The notes beneath the pieces were generated by a model, which was not told the origin of the DNA, made no database searches, and saw only the letters and a list, made by a program, of their open reading frames with translations. Shown piece by piece: positions 28,555-36,763 of a stretch of DNA of 64,000 nucleotides; within the stretch, counting starts at the first letter, position 1, and each line of letters starts with the position of its first letter. Made by a program: the position numbers and the translations under genes. The stretch is from an uncultured Candidatus Saccharibacteria bacterium (GTDB lineage: Bacteria > Patescibacteriota > Minisyncoccia > Phycocordibacterales > UBA918), in assembly GCA_964608605.1 (NCBI GenBank), contig CAZSOS010000002.1:36601-100600 (forward strand), written 5' to 3'.

Positions 28555-28878
28555 CCAGCACCACTTTTTGGTTTCAATGGATTTGAGACGACTCACATCT
28601 TTTCAATAATTCTTGTTTGCCGCGACCATGTTGTTTAAGTCGCTGCTCACGCTTGTCCGCATCGTCTTTAGAACGGTATGCTTCTGCGTATATCAAGATC
28701 CATTTCCCTGATGTTCTGTGCGTAGACTTATTGCGTGAGCTATTATGCTCGCTAAGTCGTCGCCTCAAATCATTGGTTCTTCCAATGTAGATATCTCTAG
28801 TATCACTGTGTTGTATCACATAGACACTGTACATAATCCACATTGTATCAAAACCAAAAAGTGGTGCTGGGTAGTTTT
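28555..28878 (-). mobile_element. IVS-like element in 23S domain I (E. coli ~210) bounded by 21-bp perfect inverted repeats CCCAGCACCACTTTTTGGTTT; encodes a GIY-YIG protein
   Basis: Inverted repeats at 28555-28575 and 28858-28878. The flanking rRNA aligns to GAAAAGAAA...GATTCCC..AGTAGCGGCGAGCGAA. Confidence 0.65.
28574..28843 (-). CDS. GIY-YIG nuclease superfamily protein (89 aa) encoded inside the 23S rRNA gene
   Basis: YSVYVIQHSDTRDIYIGRTNDLRRRLSEHN carries the GIY...YIG motifs with conserved Arg and Glu. Confidence 0.6.
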   Translation of the reverse strand: MWIMYSVYVIQHSDTRDIYIGRTNDLRRRLSEHNSSRNKSTHRTSGKWILIYAEAYRSKDDADKREQRLKQHGRGKQELLKRCESSQIH

Positions 28879-29150
28879 AACCAGAAAGAAAGTTCCGTAT
28901 ATTGCTTTCTTTTCCTCTCGGTACTGAGATGTTTCACTTCCCGAGGTGTGCTCTCGCATAACGCGAGTTTCCGACGTAATCGGAAGGGTTTCCCCATTCG
29001 GAGATCTCCGGATCGAAGGTTGATTGTCACCTCCCCGAAGCTTATCGCAGACATTCTACGTCCTTCATCGCTCTTTTAAGCCAAGGCATCCACCATACAC
29101 CCTTACATTCCTGCAAGGAATGCTGTACACCGCTGTACGATTCTGATCAT

Positions 29151-29172
29151 CTAGTTTTCTGGTTGACTAGTG
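29151..29172. repeat. CTAGTTTTCTGGTTGACTAGT motif (member of a dispersed short motif family)
   Basis: Related copies lie at 35425-35461, 41905-41927 and 42531-42561. Confidence 0.5.
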
Positions 29173-29618
29173 TTCTGGCAAAACCAGAACACTATCTAAC
29201 TAGTCCACAAGATAACCAGTATTGAGTGTCGTGCGCGCACTTACGCGCGCACTGTGTGTTTTGTTGTCTGCCGGGGACGAAAAGACCTCCTTGCGGATGT
29301 TCTTTAACCCGGCAGACATACCTGCCGAACGAATTTGGCAAAGCCAAATTCGTTCGTACCTCCGGCCGTCGAAAGCCGGAGGATTTACCCAGCACCTATA
29401 CATAGGTGCTGGGTTTAAGAAGATATGCAGTTGTCAAACAACATTATCTCCGTGGAAATTTGGCCTAAAAAAACCGCGTTGCCGCGGCACAAATCGCTAG
29501 GCGACTTGATACCGCTACGATTTCTTAAAGGTGATTACCATAGATAATGAGCGATATATTACACTATATGAAAAATAACGCAAGGCCTGTCTCTGGATAG
29601 GTTCCGGGGCCAGGAAAA

Positions 29619-29652
29619 AGGGCCGGAAAGCTTCGCTTTCCGGCCCTTTTTC
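29619..29652. terminator. bidirectional terminator (AAAAAGGGCCGGAAAGC-TTCG-CTTTCCGGCCCTTTTT)
   Basis: Perfect 13-bp hairpin flanked by an A-run and a T-run, directly after the stop of the 29660..30283 gene. Confidence 0.65.
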
Positions 29653-29659
29653 TTAGCCT

Positions 29660-30283
29660 TTACCGTTTGATCTCATTCCGGATATCCAGACGATCCACGA
29701 TGATCTGATGCGGGTAGTCGAATACGTCCCGGGTCAACTTGTCGTACATGCCGACCCGGTACTTGAGCTCCTCGGAAGTGAAGACGGCATAGCGGATCTC
29801 GATGCCGCACTCCGCCTCCATGGATCTGATGGCATTCTCGATCTTCGATTCAAAGACCTTCTTGGTCGCCAAAAGCACGTCGAGTCTCTGCTCGAACTCG
29901 CGCAGAAAGACGCCGGCGATGCAGACGAAGTCGATGGGCCCGGCCTTGCGCAGGTGCTTCAAAAGCGTCTTGCCGTTTATCGGCGCCGTGTCAAAGAGGA
30001 AGGTCTGCAGCGCCTGGAGCTCATCGAAGTCCTTGTTGAGCATGTACGCCTGTACCCGCGAACGCTTGGAGCGGCCCTCGAGCTGCTGATACACCTGCTT
30101 GCTGCGGATGATGTCGGCGCGTTCGAGCGCGTTCATCTCGGTGCGGGCGGTGCGCCTGACCAGCTTGGCGCGACGACTAATATCGTCGAAGGTGAACTCC
30201 TTGGACGGATTAAAGAGAAAAAAGCGAAGCAATTTCACTCGAGCCGGACTGCCAAACAGGATCGATAGCGGATCAGAAGCCAT
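29660..30283 (-). CDS. hypothetical protein (207 aa), possible N-terminal winged-helix domain
   Basis: Clean ORF with its own terminator. No diagnostic motif recognised. Confidence 0.4.
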   Translation of the reverse strand: MASDPLSILFGSPARVKLLRFFLFNPSKEFTFDDISRRAKLVRRTARTEMNALERADIIRSKQVYQQLEGRSKRSRVQAYMLNKDFDELQALQTFLFDTAPINGKTLLKHLRKAGPIDFVCIAGVFLREFEQRLDVLLATKKVFESKIENAIRSMEAECGIEIRYAVFTSEELKYRVGMYDKLTRDVFDYPHQIIVDRLDIRNEIKR

Positions 30284-30354
30284 AGCGGAATAAGGGGATT
30301 ATAGCACGAAACGCCGCGGGCCTTCGGCCCGCGGCGTTTCGTGCTAGAAACGTA

Positions 30355-30786
30355 TTATTTCAACGTAACCTTAGCTCCAGCTTCCTCAAGCTTAGCTTTG
30401 AGAGCCTCAGCATCTTCCTTCTTCATGCCCTCCTTCACGACGGATGGAGCGGCATCAACCATATCCTTCGCCTCCTTAAGGCCGAGGTTCAAGACCTCCT
30501 TGACCACCTTAATGACGGCGATCTTCTGCGCGCCAGCGTCAGAGAGCTCGACAGTGAACTCATCCTTCTCCTCGGCGGCAGCGCCACCCTGGGCCGGGCC
30601 AGCTACGGCGACGGCCTGAGCCGAAACACCGAAGTGCTTCTCCAGGACCTTCACGAGCGCGTGCAATTCGAGCACGCTCATCTTCTCCACCTTCTCGACG
30701 AGTTCCTTGAACTCGGCCGGAACCTCCGCCTTGACCTCCTCGGCCGCGACGGTGGTCTCCTCCACCTTGTTTACTTCTTCAGACAT
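30355..30786 (-). CDS. rplL: 50S ribosomal protein L7/L12
   Basis: [21 protein letters not shown], an Ala/Glu-rich hinge and the C-terminal [24 protein letters not shown]... Confidence 0.9.
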   Translation of the reverse strand: MSEEVNKVEETTVAAEEVKAEVPAEFKELVEKVEKMSVLELHALVKVLEKHFGVSAQAVAVAGPAQGGAAAEEKDEFTVELSDAGAQKIAVIKVVKEVLNLGLKEAKDMVDAAPSVVKEGMKKEDAEALKAKLEEAGAKVTLK

Positions 30787-30898
30787 ATTTGTGAATTTTT
30801 AATTTCCAATTTTTAATTTTGAATCAATGTTGAATTAACCAATTTTGAAACATTCACTCATTCGAATTTGATTCGAAATTCGTAATTCAAAATTCGAC

Positions 30899-31387
30899 CT
30901 ATGCGGACTTCTTCTCAGCCAGAGCATTCAACGCCACGGCCAATCCCTGGATCGGGCTGTTCAAGACATTGACGAACATGCCGCGAAGCACCTGCAGTGA
31001 CGGGATCGAAGCGATCTCGGTCATCTCCTCGCGGGTCTTGAAGACTCCCTCGAAGACGCCGCCGACGATGGCGATGTTTTCCTTGTACTTCTCGGCGAAG
31101 TCCTTGACGTTCTGTGCCGGAGCGATGGCGTCCTCGGAATACGCGACGGCGATCTCGCCATCGAGTTCGGGCATGGAGCCTTCGAAAGCCTCGCCGAAAG
31201 CGCGCTTCATCAGGGTCTTCTTGGCCACGAAGTAGCCTACTCCTTGTTCGCGCAAAGCCGCGCGCATGGCCACGGTATCATTGGCCGGCACTCCCTTGAA
31301 GGAAACGAAAACGAGGGACTTCGAAGAGTCCTTCACCTCCTCCAGCTTGCGGAGAATGTCCTGCTTCTTTGCTTTTGTAATTGCCAT
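30899..31387 (-). CDS. rplJ: 50S ribosomal protein L10
   Basis: L10 family pattern (KKQDILRKLEE..., VGYFVAKKTLMKRA). Immediately upstream of rplL. Confidence 0.85.
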   Translation of the reverse strand: MAITKAKKQDILRKLEEVKDSSKSLVFVSFKGVPANDTVAMRAALREQGVGYFVAKKTLMKRAFGEAFEGSMPELDGEIAVAYSEDAIAPAQNVKDFAEKYKENIAIVGGVFEGVFKTREEMTEIASIPSLQVLRGMFVNVLNSPIQGLAVALNALAEKKSA

Positions 31388-31480
31388 TTATTTAGCTTTT
31401 AGTCCTTAGCTTCCAGCTCTTAGCAGAGTTTTGCCTCCGGCAAAACAAAAGCTAAGTGCTAATAACTAAGTGCTAGATAA
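31388..31480. repeat. TTAGC/CTAAG-rich inverted-repeat element around a central hairpin (family member)
   Basis: AGCTTTTAGTCCTTAGCTTCCAGCTCTTAGC ... AAAAGCTAAGTGCTAATAACTAAGTGCTAG. A 22-nt stretch is identical to 25501-25522. Confidence 0.5.
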
Positions 31481-31788
31481 TAAACAGGCCCAGAGAAACG
31501 CGAACTCGCGTTTTCATAGGCTTCGACCCCACACTCACGCAAAGAGAGAAATGGACCTCGGCCGGCGAACCAAGCGGTTCTTTATCCTCTAGCCTTTACG
31601 CCAGCGGACCGACTGTCATGAGCCTGTTACTCGTAATCTATCAGATTATGCGAAAAAGGCAATGTCGGCTATAATCGTGCAGCTAGAGCGAATCGGGGTG
31701 TACCTTCGCCCAGCTGACGCTGAGGCTCGGTTCAACCCTCGCTCGAAGCTTAGATAGAAAAGTAAACTTTTCTATCTACCTTCTCACT

Positions 31789-31830
31789 CGGGGTGTAGCA
31801 TAGTGGTAGTGTGCACGCATGCTGGGATAA
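31789..31830 (+). pseudogene. truncated tRNA 5' half (acceptor 5' strand, D-arm and 5' anticodon stem), a tandem partial duplicate of the downstream tRNA-Pro
   Basis: CGGGGTG-TA-GCAT-AGTGGTA-GTGT-G-CACGC-ATG... parallels the 5' half of the tRNA at 31841 but lacks the 3' half. Confidence 0.45.
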
Positions 31831-31840
31831 AAACCAAGGT

Positions 31841-31913
31841 CGGGGTATCGTATAGTGGTAGTATGCACGCATGGGGTGCGTGTAGCGTCGGTTCGATTCC
31901 GGCTACCCCGACC
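31841..31913 (+). tRNA. tRNA-Pro (anticodon GGG)
   Basis: Acceptor CGGGGTA/TACCCCG, D-arm GTAT-AGTGGTA-GTAT, anticodon arm CACGC-ATGGGGT-GCGTG, T-arm GTCGG-TTCGATT-CCGGC. The acceptor stem is extended a further 8 bp by the flanks AAAAACCAAGGT/ACCTTGGTTTTT. Confidence 0.7.
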
Positions 31914-32074
31914 TTGGTTTTTATCGACAGTCCGGGGGACTGTCGATGTGGTCCGGGTTCGTCTGCCTACGGCAGCGGTCCACTTACTGGATATTTTGTT
32001 CCAAGTATTCACAAAATATCTCAATGAGTCTTGCAAAGCGCCACTAGCGCTTCTCACCCGGCTCCCCGACAATT

Positions 32075-32118
32075 TATACCAGTCAGACTAGTATATTTAT
32101 ACTAGTCTGACTGGTATT
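32075..32118. repeat. REP-like palindrome doublet (TATACCAGTCAGACTAGTATA then TATACTAGTCTGACTGGTATA) at the 3' end of the RAYT gene
   Basis: Two adjacent 21-bp palindromes in opposite polarity, a BIME-like arrangement. Confidence 0.8.
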
Positions 32119-32806
32119 ATTCTAAAACCTTCTCTCCTTGCACCCATTTTCCTCCCAAAATCACGTCCTTTGAATAATCTTTAAAAGATTGTGGGGTGAA
32201 GATATTGAATAATAAATTGTTATTATTCAAAATCGGAGATCCTTTCCTGACACCCGAGTAATCGCCCAAACTGGAGAAATTATAATCTTTGGCCCAACTC
32301 CAAGCTTTTTCAAAATCTTCTATAGCCGATCTCAATCCTCCATCCGGGTAAAGTTCGAATGTGTTCTTCACCATGACATAAGCGGCTACGTATCTTAAAT
32401 ACTCATCTTCAACGATCGTTTTAGATCGGAACGCTCCTTGGAACAGACTCCCCCGCTCTTCATATTTTTCATTCGAGTGATTGGTCATACTCTGGCCCAA
32501 CCTTTGCATAAAGAGGCTCACACCACCTTCGGATATCTCCTGAATCAATAAATGAAAGTGGTTAGGCATCAATGTGTACCCTAAAACCTCTACCAGAGGT
32601 TCCCTGTCGGGCCAACTCGACGGACGACTGAATACATGACGATGATCTTCATAAATCCAGTTTTTACTGAAGTGCTTGTCATTCAAAAGAAACAGCATCC
32701 TCAAAAAGCGCCACCGGTCACTTTCGTCACGAACTATGTTAAGTCCTCGTGCGCCTCGTTTGACAATGTGCAAGTATGAACCGACCGAATATGGTTCCAC
32801 CCTCAT
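32117..32806 (-). CDS. REP-associated tyrosine transposase (RAYT) / IS200-like HuH-Y1 transposase
   Basis: The HuH motif in LGYTLMPNHFHLLIQE and a catalytic-Tyr region (EYLRYVAAYVMVKN) fit the Y1 transposase fold. The gene is flanked on both sides by REP-like palindromes. Confidence 0.7.
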   Translation of the reverse strand: MRVEPYSVGSYLHIVKRGARGLNIVRDESDRWRFLRMLFLLNDKHFSKNWIYEDHRHVFSRPSSWPDREPLVEVLGYTLMPNHFHLLIQEISEGGVSLFMQRLGQSMTNHSNEKYEERGSLFQGAFRSKTIVEDEYLRYVAAYVMVKNTFELYPDGGLRSAIEDFEKAWSWAKDYNFSSLGDYSGVRKGSPILNNNNLLFNIFTPQSFKDYSKDVILGGKWVQGEKVLE

Positions 32807-32815
32807 AAACCTACT

Positions 32816-32836
32816 ATATACCAGTCTGACTAGTAT
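32816..32836. repeat. REP-like palindrome TATACCAGTCTGACTAGTATA immediately upstream of the RAYT start
   Basis: Same 21-bp consensus as the other copies. Confidence 0.8.
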
Positions 32837-32974
32837 ATATTTATTGTTTTGTTGATAGCTTTCACCTAGCCTGTGGCGCCGACGATGAGGACGATGAAGA
32901 GGCCGACAGTGATGACGATAAGGAAACTGAAGAGGAATTTGTAGAAAGTTGAGTTGAACATGAGTTTGATTATA

Positions 32975-33003
32975 ACAAACCCCGCGGCCATAGGCCGCGG
33001 GGT
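32975..33003. terminator. hairpin AACCCCGCGGCC-ATA-GGCCGCGGGGTT (terminator of the surface-protein gene)
   Basis: 12-bp GC stem flanked by T-rich sequence. Confidence 0.55.
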
Positions 33004-33011
33004 TTGTTGTT

Positions 33012-33055
33012 TATACCAGTCTGACTAGCATAAATATACTAGTCTGACTGGTATA
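33012..33055. repeat. REP-like palindrome doublet (TATACCAGTCTGACTAGCATA then TATACTAGTCTGACTGGTATA)
   Basis: Second BIME-like doublet, about 200 bp upstream of the RAYT gene. Confidence 0.75.
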
Positions 33056-33151
33056 GAAAAAAGAAAAGGTGGGAAACAAAAAGCCCGCCGCGGTTAGGCG
33101 GGGGCTTTTTGTTGATCTACTCACTCAAGCGAGCGGTAATTCACGCAATGA

Positions 33152-35083
33152 TTACTGAACGATAATTACAGTACCAGTGGTGAAGTCGCTAGCAGGGGTA
33201 AGGTTGATCGCGGTCTGGTTAGCAACTGCGTTAGCAGCATCACCGAAGTCGAAGCTGTTAGCAATAGCCTTGTATGCACCTGCAGAAGCTCCGATGCCCA
33301 TGGTTACGGTGTAGGTGACACGCTTGGTCTCACCATCGTAGATCACATAGTCACCACCGGCAGTCTTAGTCGCGTTGGACGTAAGAGTAGCGGTAGAGGA
33401 AGCAGTAGCAGCAGTATCAACTGCACCAGCAGCAGTCAAGATGTCGTAATCAACAACACCAGAAGTGGAAGCGAAGTAGAAATCGTCTCCATCAGCGGTT
33501 ACGTCGATCACGAACTTGAACTCACCGTACTGACGAGAACTGTTGTTGACAGTAGTCGAGAGCAGGTTAGCAGTGGTGGAATCGATAGCAGCGAAGAGGC
33601 CGTCGCCACGGAAGGTCTGAGCGTTACCGACAGCAGAACCAGAGATGGTCTGAACAGTATCGCCGTTGTTGTCTTCAATGGTAACAGCGTTGTAGCTAGC
33701 AGTGATCGAAGAACCAACGAAGGTGTTCTTGTTCATGCGAGCCACGAGCTTGTAGGTCTCGGTATCATCCTGATCTACATACTCTTCGTCATCGAGAGCG
33801 AAGGTAAGAACGCCACGTGAAGAAGTGGTAGCCACAACATCGCTGTTGTCAGCAGTCTCGATCACGGTAGAGCCCTTCATGAAGCGGAACTCGGAAGCCA
33901 TATCGCTCAAGAGAACGCCAGAAGTAGCGATAACGAAGCTGATCTGGTCGAAGCTCATGTCGGTACCTTCAGCCTTGATGCGGAACTCGAGAAGAGTTAC
34001 CAGGTCACCAGAGTTGGTGGTAGATACCTTGACAGCCTGCTGATTAGGGTTGGAAGGACTCAACGAAATGCGAGCCTTAACCTCACCAGAGGAAGCGAGC
34101 TTGATGACGTATACACCAGTGTTGGTGATGACATCGCCCTCAGAGATGATAGCGCCCTGAGCATCCACATAGCGGAAGTTGGTAGCGCTGATATCCCAGT
34201 TCTTGTTCTGGTCAGCAGTGTCGATGGTGGTGCGAGCGTGAGCCACTACGTAGAAGGTATTGCGGTCATCCTCGCGAACGATAGCGCCATTGAGGGCTAC
34301 AGTCTTAGAGTACTTGCCAGCAGAATCACGAGTGAAGTCATCAGCATCCACGGTAGCGACGGTCTTGCCCTCCATCACTACATCGAAGGAATCGAAGTAG
34401 CGCTCGAGGCGGTTGGAACCGTTACCCTTGTACTCAAGAGAGATCTTGAGGTTGGTAACTTCAACGTCAGAACCGTCAGCCTCGATGCGGAAGCCGAGAA
34501 CGTTCTCAGAGTCACCGGTAGCAACCTCATCCTCTACGTCAGAGGTGTAGCTGTTAACGGTGATGGAACCAGCTCCGCCCTGAAGGGCGCCGGTAGAACC
34601 GCCAGTGTTGCCACCGGTAGAACCACCCTTGCAAAGAGCGTTGGCCTTAGCCATCGAAGCCGGACCGAAGTAACCAGTAGGGCTGGTCAAACCGGACGGT
34701 ACGAGGATGTCAGCGCTGTACTTGGTCTGGAACTTAGACACGGCAGCGGCAGTAGCCGGACCGTAGAAAGAAGTCTCCATGCCGGCAGAACCAGCACCAG
34801 ATACCGCTACGATGGTAGCAGAATCGCTGTTAAGGAACTTCTGCAAAGCCATCACGTCAGCGCCGGTGGAACCCTGTCCAAGAGCGCGGGTGAAGGTGGT
34901 GCAGCTGGTGGCAGTACCGGTACCAGAAAGCTGGGCCTGGAGCTGATTCACCAAAGCGATGAGCTGTTCAAGGCTCATGTTGGAAACGTTCTGAGCCTGA
35001 GCCGGAGCCGCAAGCGTGAACGCCATAGCAACTGCCACGAAAGCTACGGAGAGCTTCGCAACAATGTTGTTGGTTATAGTCAT
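33152..35083 (-). CDS. large secreted surface protein: signal peptide, peptidoglycan-binding domain (PG_binding_1-like), then a Thr/Ser/Asp-rich beta-rich region
   Basis: Signal peptide MTITNNIVAKLSVAFVAVAMAFTLAAPAQA. LGQGSTGADVMALQKFLNSD...YGPATAAAVSKFQTKYS is the PGBD signature. The start could instead be 35134. Confidence 0.6.
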   Translation of the reverse strand: MTITNNIVAKLSVAFVAVAMAFTLAAPAQAQNVSNMSLEQLIALVNQLQAQLSGTGTATSCTTFTRALGQGSTGADVMALQKFLNSDSATIVAVSGAGSAGMETSFYGPATAAAVSKFQTKYSADILVPSGLTSPTGYFGPASMAKANALCKGGSTGGNTGGSTGALQGGAGSITVNSYTSDVEDEVATGDSENVLGFRIEADGSDVEVTNLKISLEYKGNGSNRLERYFDSFDVVMEGKTVATVDADDFTRDSAGKYSKTVALNGAIVREDDRNTFYVVAHARTTIDTADQNKNWDISATNFRYVDAQGAIISEGDVITNTGVYVIKLASSGEVKARISLSPSNPNQQAVKVSTTNSGDLVTLLEFRIKAEGTDMSFDQISFVIATSGVLLSDMASEFRFMKGSTVIETADNSDVVATTSSRGVLTFALDDEEYVDQDDTETYKLVARMNKNTFVGSSITASYNAVTIEDNNGDTVQTISGSAVGNAQTFRGDGLFAAIDSTTANLLSTTVNNSSRQYGEFKFVIDVTADGDDFYFASTSGVVDYDILTAAGAVDTAATASSTATLTSNATKTAGGDYVIYDGETKRVTYTVTMGIGASAGAYKAIANSFDFGDAANAVANQTAINLTPASDFTTGTVIIVQ

Positions 35084-35151
35084 AATAAGACTTAATAAGT
35101 TGTTACATGTCCGACGGACGAGTCCGTGGGCCATGGGTTAACTAATACTAG

Positions 35152-35171
35152 TAATATGAATTAATTCATAT
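35152..35171. promoter_or_regulatory. perfect 20-bp AT palindrome AATATGAATTAATTCATATT directly upstream of the surface-protein gene (candidate operator)
   Basis: Exact palindrome in a promoter-proximal position. Further perfect GC palindromes lie at 35212-35229 and 35241-35267. Confidence 0.35.
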
Positions 35172-35917
35172 TAACAATTCGGGAGTTAAAACCGAATTGA
35201 GAATATGCCAGCCGCGCATCGCGATGCGCGTCCGGCAGACTGGAGCCGCGGCCTTCGGCCGCGGCTCCAAGTTGCCAGACACGATCACGACAGTATTCGA
35301 CACCGAGGGATAAACCCTGCGCGATCCGGTGATAAGGGGGGACCGAATTTCTATCTGATTGCGACCGAACCCGGGAGCCATGAAGGCCCGGGCAAGCGGA
35401 AAAAGGAAGTCGGGAATGGTTTGCTTGGTTGACTAGTAACTGGTTTCTGACCAGAAAACTAGACAACCAGTGAACTAGAAGAGATATTCAATTTTCAAAC
35501 AACACCCGTGCGAGCCAGCTAATAAAAAAGCGTGCTACAGCACATCGCACATAAGTATACACAGAGCCCTGAGGCTTAAGCGGATCTGATGTGGAAAACC
35601 ATACCAAGTTACGTTAATCGTGCCTAAAAGGCAAGCAGTGAAGCGGGTTTCCTTGTCGGAAACGACATCGAAAAACTCCTTGGATATCTAGTGATTAAGA
35701 CGAGAGATGGACCGAGCTCTTACTATGGAAGTTTGATTAAGGAATAGATAATGATGAGTGTCAAAGAGACGAATCTGGCACCATGACCGAAGTCGTCTCA
35801 TATAAAATCGACCGGTTCTTGATATCCATCCGGGGCGCGAAGCTGACCTTTAGCAAGAAGCATTAAAGGACAGAAACAATAGCGAGCGATAAAAGACAAT
35901 GGGCTTCCCTTCCCCAG

Positions 35918-36622
35918 CTATACCAAAGAATATTTCGACCAACGACGCTCACCCTGTCTTTTAACGATATTGTCCCCTATCATGGCGTTTAGTTCACGTT
36001 GGATGGTCTTTGAGCTGACATCGGTAATTATGTCCGATATGTCCTTTATAGTCGCCTCCCCTTTAGCCCTCAGCACGACCTTGACGCGTTCGCGCCGATC
36101 GCTGGCTTCGTCGCCAGCAGCCGAAGACGCCGCGACGCGATCGGCGGCGACCGCCCGAGGACGGTCGGCCTTAGGGGCCTCGGGAGCGGCGACGGCCACC
36201 TTGTAATCGAGGTCATCGAAAGCGCTGGTCCGGACCAGGTATTTGTTCAGTCCACGGAGCACTCCGTCGACCTCCACGGCCAGGACGTGGAGGACCTCCG
36301 GGGAGATAAGGCCCACGGTGGCCGCCACCCGGAGCTTGCTGTCGAGCACGATGAGAGAATGGGCCGCCTCGCGCAGAGAGTCTTCGGCCAGATGGGCGCG
36401 CATCTCCAAAGTGCGCAGGATCTTGTCATGGACCGCTCGGGCCGCGACCAGGATGTCCTCTAGCATGGCCTCTGACTTTTTGTCTGTCTCCAGGCTATTG
36501 GAGACATAAAAGATCACCGAGACTATCTTCTCTGTCTTTTTAAAAATATATTTATAATAGGCTTCATCTTGGACAAGACGCTTGGTCGACTCAGTGGCCT
36601 TTATGATGTCTCTTGTGTCCAT
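35918..36622 (-). CDS. hypothetical protein with a C-terminal winged-helix-like DNA-binding domain
   Basis: A C-terminal wHTH is predicted from RVKVVLRAKGEATIKDISDIITDVSSKTIQRELNAMIGDNIVKRQGERRWSKYSL. Confidence 0.4.
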   Translation of the reverse strand: MDTRDIIKATESTKRLVQDEAYYKYIFKKTEKIVSVIFYVSNSLETDKKSEAMLEDILVAARAVHDKILRTLEMRAHLAEDSLREAAHSLIVLDSKLRVAATVGLISPEVLHVLAVEVDGVLRGLNKYLVRTSAFDDLDYKVAVAAPEAPKADRPRAVAADRVAASSAAGDEASDRRERVKVVLRAKGEATIKDISDIITDVSSKTIQRELNAMIGDNIVKRQGERRWSKYSLV

Positions 36623-36763
36623 AATAGTGTCTCTTTATCTGTCTTATAGGTGTATCGGACAGTGTTAGGGACAGTATACTGATGGGTGGCTAGTTGTCTA
36701 GTTGGCTGGTTGTCTGGTCTCCTGGTTTACTGGTTTCTTGTTGGTCATAGTAATCTAGTAGTG

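Noticed and set aside
35135-35917. RNase P RNA, tmRNA or SRP RNA in the long intergenic region
   Set aside because: Only loose matches to the P4 strands (ACCGAACCCGGG, GGAAGTCGGG), in the wrong order and orientation. There is no tRNA-like 3' end and no SRP domain IV motif.
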